DNA from: Lobosporangium transversale
Taxonomy: Eukaryota
DNA: 64,000 bases
Assembly (NCBI RefSeq): GCF_002105155.1
Contig: NW_019029000.1
Coordinates: 434,001 to 498,000, forward strand
Reading direction: 5' to 3'
A program made the position numbers and the translations under genes. The notes beneath the pieces are model-generated. The model searched no databases, was not told the DNA's origin, and saw only the letters and a program-made list of their open reading frames with translations. Positions 58,737 to 64,000 of this stretch are shown piece by piece (position 1 is the first letter of the stretch; each line of letters opens with the position of its first letter).

Positions 58737-59192
58737 TTTCTGCCCGTCCAACTGTTTGCTTTCACACATCCCTGTACGCGTATGATGCATTATTATTTAT
58801 TGTTTATTTATTTATTTTTTTCCTCTACTCTTGCTGGACCCCATTCTGTTCTGCAAGCCTTTTCTCCTTGATTGATTATCCTATTTGTAATCATTTGGTA
58901 TTCGAATCAGTTAGGAAGCAGACAACACTACATCGCTCACTTTCTATCATCTTTTTTTATTTTATTTTATTTTTTTTTCCAGATATTTCTACATCAAATA
59001 CCCTTTTTTATTTCTAGATGCATAACTTTACTAACCGGCTGTCATGCCATTTTACGCTCTCTTTTAATCTTAATAGATCATTAGATAACCCAACAACACC
59101 GCCCGCCAGTCATCATAAGAAAAGGGCAAGCCCTCAGCTCACGCCTCCCACCAACGTTTACAGACCACTCCTCCACTTGAATTTATTTCCTG

Positions 59193-62100
59193 ATGTCTTC
59201 ACAGAATCAAGATGTCGCATCCTCACCTGCCATTACTGCAAAACAGAGGCCAAGGTTTTTGCGTGCTCTCACTTCGCCACTGCCAGCCCTCAACGCGTTT
59301 GCTGCACAAATCGCTGGCGATTCTGCTGCAACCACCCACCCTATTCAATTAAGACCCACAGATTCTATCCATGACCAAACAGACAACAGTGATCTTCAGG
59401 ATCAATCATCAAAATCAAAATCCAGATCTCCTGCGCAACTCCGCACTGACCAACAATCGTCATCTAGCCTGCAGGACACCGTGCTACGCTCATTCTCTTC
59501 ATCTCTCCTCCCCTCCTTTCTTCCATCCACTTCAAGCTCGGCCTCAAATGGACCTACATCTCCTACAAGCCCAACACATCCTCGAAAACCTGTCACAGAA
59601 ATGCTACTGAAGGGGGGTCGCTGGGCTAGAGGACAGACGTCAAATTGGACACCTAGTTTCGCCTCAGATTCCTCAAGGTAACATTTATTAAATATGCTCT
59701 TTTGTTGACATTTGCATGCACTTGTCTCGTTTTGGTTCACTACAAGGTTCTGATATCATCATACACAACCGTGCATCCCTGCGCTTTCACGTCAACTAGC
59801 TCGCTAAGGTCTGTGCAGCGACGCCCATCAGATTGCGTGAAGCGTCCGACTACATTGGACCAAGGGGAACACAATTACAGGGATGGGTGTGCAAGCCTTG
59901 GCCTAGATACAATCTCTGTTGCTGCCAACCTGGACTATGATCAAACAGGACTGCATTCGAGTGTGAACCATCTCAAGGAAAATGGCGCGCGGGCTAGACG
60001 GGTTTCCGAAAGTAGTCAAAATATAAACACTACACCATTCAAACAGACCGGCTTTATGATTGCAGAGCGACTGTCAGAATTTGCTCAAAGAATAAGTTCC
60101 CGGTTACCCAATGTAGAGCAAATGCCAACGCCATCACCATCTGAAAGTTCAGATTCATCATACGCAAATTTTACATCTCCATTGCTCCTAGAAAGGGGTA
60201 TGCCTGAGATGCTTGTATCAGACGGACCTCGCCTTGCCTGTTTGGAGTCAGAACAGACCTGCAGTTTCAAAACATGGGATGATTACTTGGAGCTTTACGG
60301 AGAAGGGCGATTTCCCAACAACCAGAATCAACACCATCCACATCCTCTTCTAGGATCTACTTATCCTCATTTTCCAGAATATGTTAAAGAAACAGAGATG
60401 CCAAATCCTCCCCCCTTCCTTGCTCCACCTCTTCCTCCTTGTGAAGAGAAACGCCTTCGGGCACTTTACAGTTTCCAAGCGCTTGATAGCGGTAGCGACC
60501 TGAATTTTCAGAGAGTTGCTCAGCTAGTATCAACTGTCTTGGGAGTAAAAGGCTGTATGATCTGTCTTGTAGATCATCGAAGGGTTGCTATCAAGGCTCA
60601 ATATCAGGCAGAAAATATGGAGTGTAACCGAGAATTCTCACTAAGTGGACATGCCATTTTGAGGCACCGTGACGATCCTCTGATTATCTTGGATGCCTCC
60701 AAGGACTGGAGGTTCAAAAATTTGCCTGCCGTCGTTAGTGGGCCAAAGGTACGTTTTTATGCAGGCGCTGCACTCGCGACATCGGACGGACTTAACATCG
60801 GGTCTTTGTGTATCATTGATCCTGAGCCTCGTGCAGAGTTTACAGATCAACAAAAGAGACTTCTGATCGATTTCGCCGCCGTTGTTATGAGGGAGATGGA
60901 GCACTGGAACGATCAAGTGCAACTTTGTACTCGAACTCGAATGATGCGCGATATCACTCGCTGGGTCCGTGGTTGCCTGGATATGGATTCGAGCGACGTG
61001 AATGCCCGTTCTCACCAGGTAATAGGACGTTCACTCGACACAACCCTATCTCCTTCAACTGCAGCGACTGTAGCTGCGTCGGCTGCCATTTCAGCCCTAC
61101 CTCTAGCTGATCCTGTAAAGACAGTTATTCCCTCGTCATCCGACCCAAACCTCCCCACGCCTTCCAGTTCCCCTATGCTTATCACCACAAATATAAACTC
61201 AGATTCGACTCCAAGTTCATCGACATCGAGAACAGCAGTCACTCGGGGTCGACTTCAAGATGAAGCGTTCCCTGTTGCATGTAGCATGATTCAGGGAACT
61301 TTGATAGTTGACGCTGTCTATCTCGTCCAAGTTTCGCCAAGTAAATCTTTTATTCCTGCGAATGAATCAAGCGTTGTCTGGAACTACCTTGGTGTGGGCA
61401 CTCGTCCAAAAGGCGCCATCGGAACCGTCGGCGGCGATGAACCTGTCATGGACATGTCCGATTGGACATTGACATGTCTTGCTTCGTCCGCAAAGCCGAC
61501 TGAGCCAGGTATATTTCCAAATCTCGGCAAATCTACGCAGCACGTCCGGCGTGAGGGCAAGTCTTTGATCTGTGCGGACGGAGGGTGTCGGCCACACCGT
61601 GTTGGCGAGCTACATGCAGATGCAGTGGAGCCTCATTTCGAAAGAGACAAACCTATAATCTCTGAAATGCTCCGCTATGTTCGACAAGAAAAGAAGCCTC
61701 CACCACACAAGCCAAGCAAATGTCCTCTCTATGTGGTATCGCAAAACTTTGATGGCCACGAGATAGACCCAACGACGATAAATGATACCAGCCAGAATCC
61801 AGCCATTAAGCGCATAAGCTTGCTCTGCCATACTTTCCAAAGTACACTCCAGGAACTAAAAGCGGGTAAGGGTTCCCCATTCAAGTCGAGTATCGTTATG
61901 CCCATTCGTGGAGCTTCATCATCATCATCCAACTATACAAGGACATCATCTGAGGAACCCTGGGCATATTTTGTGGTCCTGACCTCGTCGTATACAAAAC
62001 AGTTTACAATCCACGAACGAATGTATCTCAAGAATTTTGGGTCGTGCTTGATCACAGAAGTACTGAAGGAACGTATGGAAGCAGCTGACAAAGCCAAAGG

Positions 62101-62983
62101 AGTTTTTATCAAAAGGTTAGACATGTCACATTTGTCTATGGCCTGGTACCTATTTTGTGGCCATTAAGTATTCTAACTCTTTTATTTTTTTTCTCTGTGG
62201 CATTTGGCATATAAACAAATAGCATTTCTCATGAGCTTAGGACGCCACTTCATATTATTTTGGGCACTCTAGAGCTACTCTACAACAATCCGAATGAAAC
62301 TCTGAATGACCATCAATTATCCTTAATTGCATCTGCTGAGGCCTCTGGTAAAGGGCTGATTGACACTATCAACAACATTATTGACCTAGCCGATCTGGAT
62401 CCGGAAGAAAACTCTGGATTTGAAGGCGCCTCTCGCCGATCAAGCTCACTACCAGAACTTTACACACATGTTGCAGAAGTTGATATCCGAGATCTTTGTG
62501 AACAAGTCGCTGGCTCAACGGCGAAAGCCTGTTTAGACAAAAACATAATAGTCACTCCTACATGGTCTAATAAGAGCAATTCAGTACCACTCTCGGATTC
62601 TGCTTCAGGATCTACATCGCATGCCAGCGCTACAGCCACGAACACGCACTCTACCTCGGATTCATTGCATGTTCTCCATAACGGGTCTTTGCCAGAGGAA
62701 TATGCAAATAGCGAACGCTCGTCGGTCGAATCCCAGAATGCATTTGCCAATGCAGGGCTTCGCTCGGAGCAAAAGCCCACTCTGGAATTGCTGGTAGCCA
62801 TGGATGAACCGGAGAAGGATCCAAGTCGAGAGACTGCCTGGAACTTCTTGCTCAATTTGCCTGTGACCAAGCGTATCCTGACCCAGGTATGTGCGTAAAC
62901 CTACCATTGGTTTTTTTTAAAATATTATTGTGATTATATGAAGTGTCAGCATCTAACAATGCTCGCCATTAACTTTTTCATCA

Positions 62984-63047
<64 letters not shown>

Positions 63048-64000
63048 TCTAGAAAATGCGCTCAAGTTTACCACGACAGGTTTTGTGGAGATCTCTGCAG
63101 TATCACCACCACTATCTACTTTGCCTCTCAAACCTCCTAACCCTGACGCACGCCCGATTCTGTTCACAGTCCGAGATACTGGACGGGGTATTTCACCCGA
63201 GTTTGTTCAAGCACATCTTTTCCAGCGTTTCACCCAAGAGGATCCTCTGCAAGTTGGTACAGGACTCGGCTTAGCTCTTGTGAAGCTTTTGGTGGAGAGC
63301 TTAGGTGGGTGGCTTGAGATTTGGAGTGAAGGTATTGAGGGTAAAGGATGTGTGGTCCGAGTCTTGATCTGGGCTACACCTGTCGACAACGTCATCAAAT
63401 CCCTCAAAGATGAACCAGGTGCATGGCAAGAAAAATCTTGTCGTTTCTACACTGGCGAGTCGGCGGTCAGCACAGATCGTCTTTGGAAAATCATGGGAGA
63501 ACGGATGATGTGCCAGGACCTTAACATGAATGTCGAGAGGGGCAACGAACAAGATATTAGTCCAGAAGATATGCTGAAGAACCTGAGTGATCACTCGCCT
63601 TGCGATCTTCTGATCTTCAATGACGACTTAATAAGGCTTAAGGCGTACCTTTTGCATTTGGTGGATCGGCATGCTGCTGCTGAAGTAAATGGTGTTGCTC
63701 CATCGAAAGCACCAACACCGCTACTGATGTTGACGTCTGCTGCGACAGCAAAGAAGGCTCGACATCTCGTTGATGCTTACAAAGTCGCTTGGAAGGAGCG
63801 TGGGCATCTGGATTATCCTGCGAACGTAGTGTTAATGCCCAAACCTATTGGACCTCTCAAGCTCATGCGCTGCCTTTACACCTGCTTCGAGCCTATCAAT
63901 ATCAACGATCATTTGCAATCTATAGAGGCTGCAGAAACATCTGCAAAACGATTTAACCCTCCTCCGTTGACTAGGTCAGCCACTGTTCCCCATATCACCA
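59193..64000 (+). CDS. Hybrid sensor histidine kinase (GAF - HisKA - HATPase - receiver-like), 3' end outside the window; exons 59193-59677, 59800-62115, 62223-62886, 63046->64000
   Basis: GAF: EEKRLRALY...DASKDWRF...VRFYAGAAL...IGSLCIIDPEPR. H-box KAKGVFIKSISHELRTPLH spans an intron. N-box LLENALKFT, G1 VRDTGRGI, G2 GTGLGLALV. Confidence 0.92.

Noticed and set aside
55500..59190. 3.7-kb non-coding stretch before the histidine kinase with several hydrophobic ORFs
   Set aside because: The ORFs come from T/C-rich low-complexity DNA; consistent with a long promoter or 5' UTR. No tRNA or structured RNA recognised.

Overview
Intron-rich eukaryotic DNA. Gene content and style suggest an early-diverging fungus, probably Mortierellaceae/Mucoromycota (inference). 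About 13 protein-coding genes were reconstructed by hand from splice signals and reading frames. In order: a C2H2 zinc-finger protein; an SPT23/MGA2-like IPT-ankyrin factor with no C-terminal membrane anchor; two tandem paralogous TRP-like 6-TM channels; single-chain ATP-citrate lyase; a SIRT1/Sir2-type sirtuin; complex I PSST (NDUFS7); an SDR oxidoreductase; a GST-kappa/DsbA-fold protein; glycogen phosphorylase; IBA57; a probable FANCB-like protein; and a GAF-containing hybrid histidine kinase that runs off the right edge. A frameshifted Tc1/mariner-type transposase remnant lies in a gene-poor stretch (38.4-43.9 kb). The most notable observation is the channel pair. Both carry an N-terminal PP2/Nictaba lectin-like domain split over short exons that the ORF track largely misses, followed by a beta-propeller-like region and a TRP-like pore. 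One copy keeps the S2-S3 E/Q/N/D Ca2+-site residues and the other has lost them. Also notable are the putative FANCB homolog and several splicing oddities: 6-nt and 21-nt microexons, a GC-AG intron, and a T27-A31 tract at a 3' splice site. All family assignments come from recalled motifs, not database searches.
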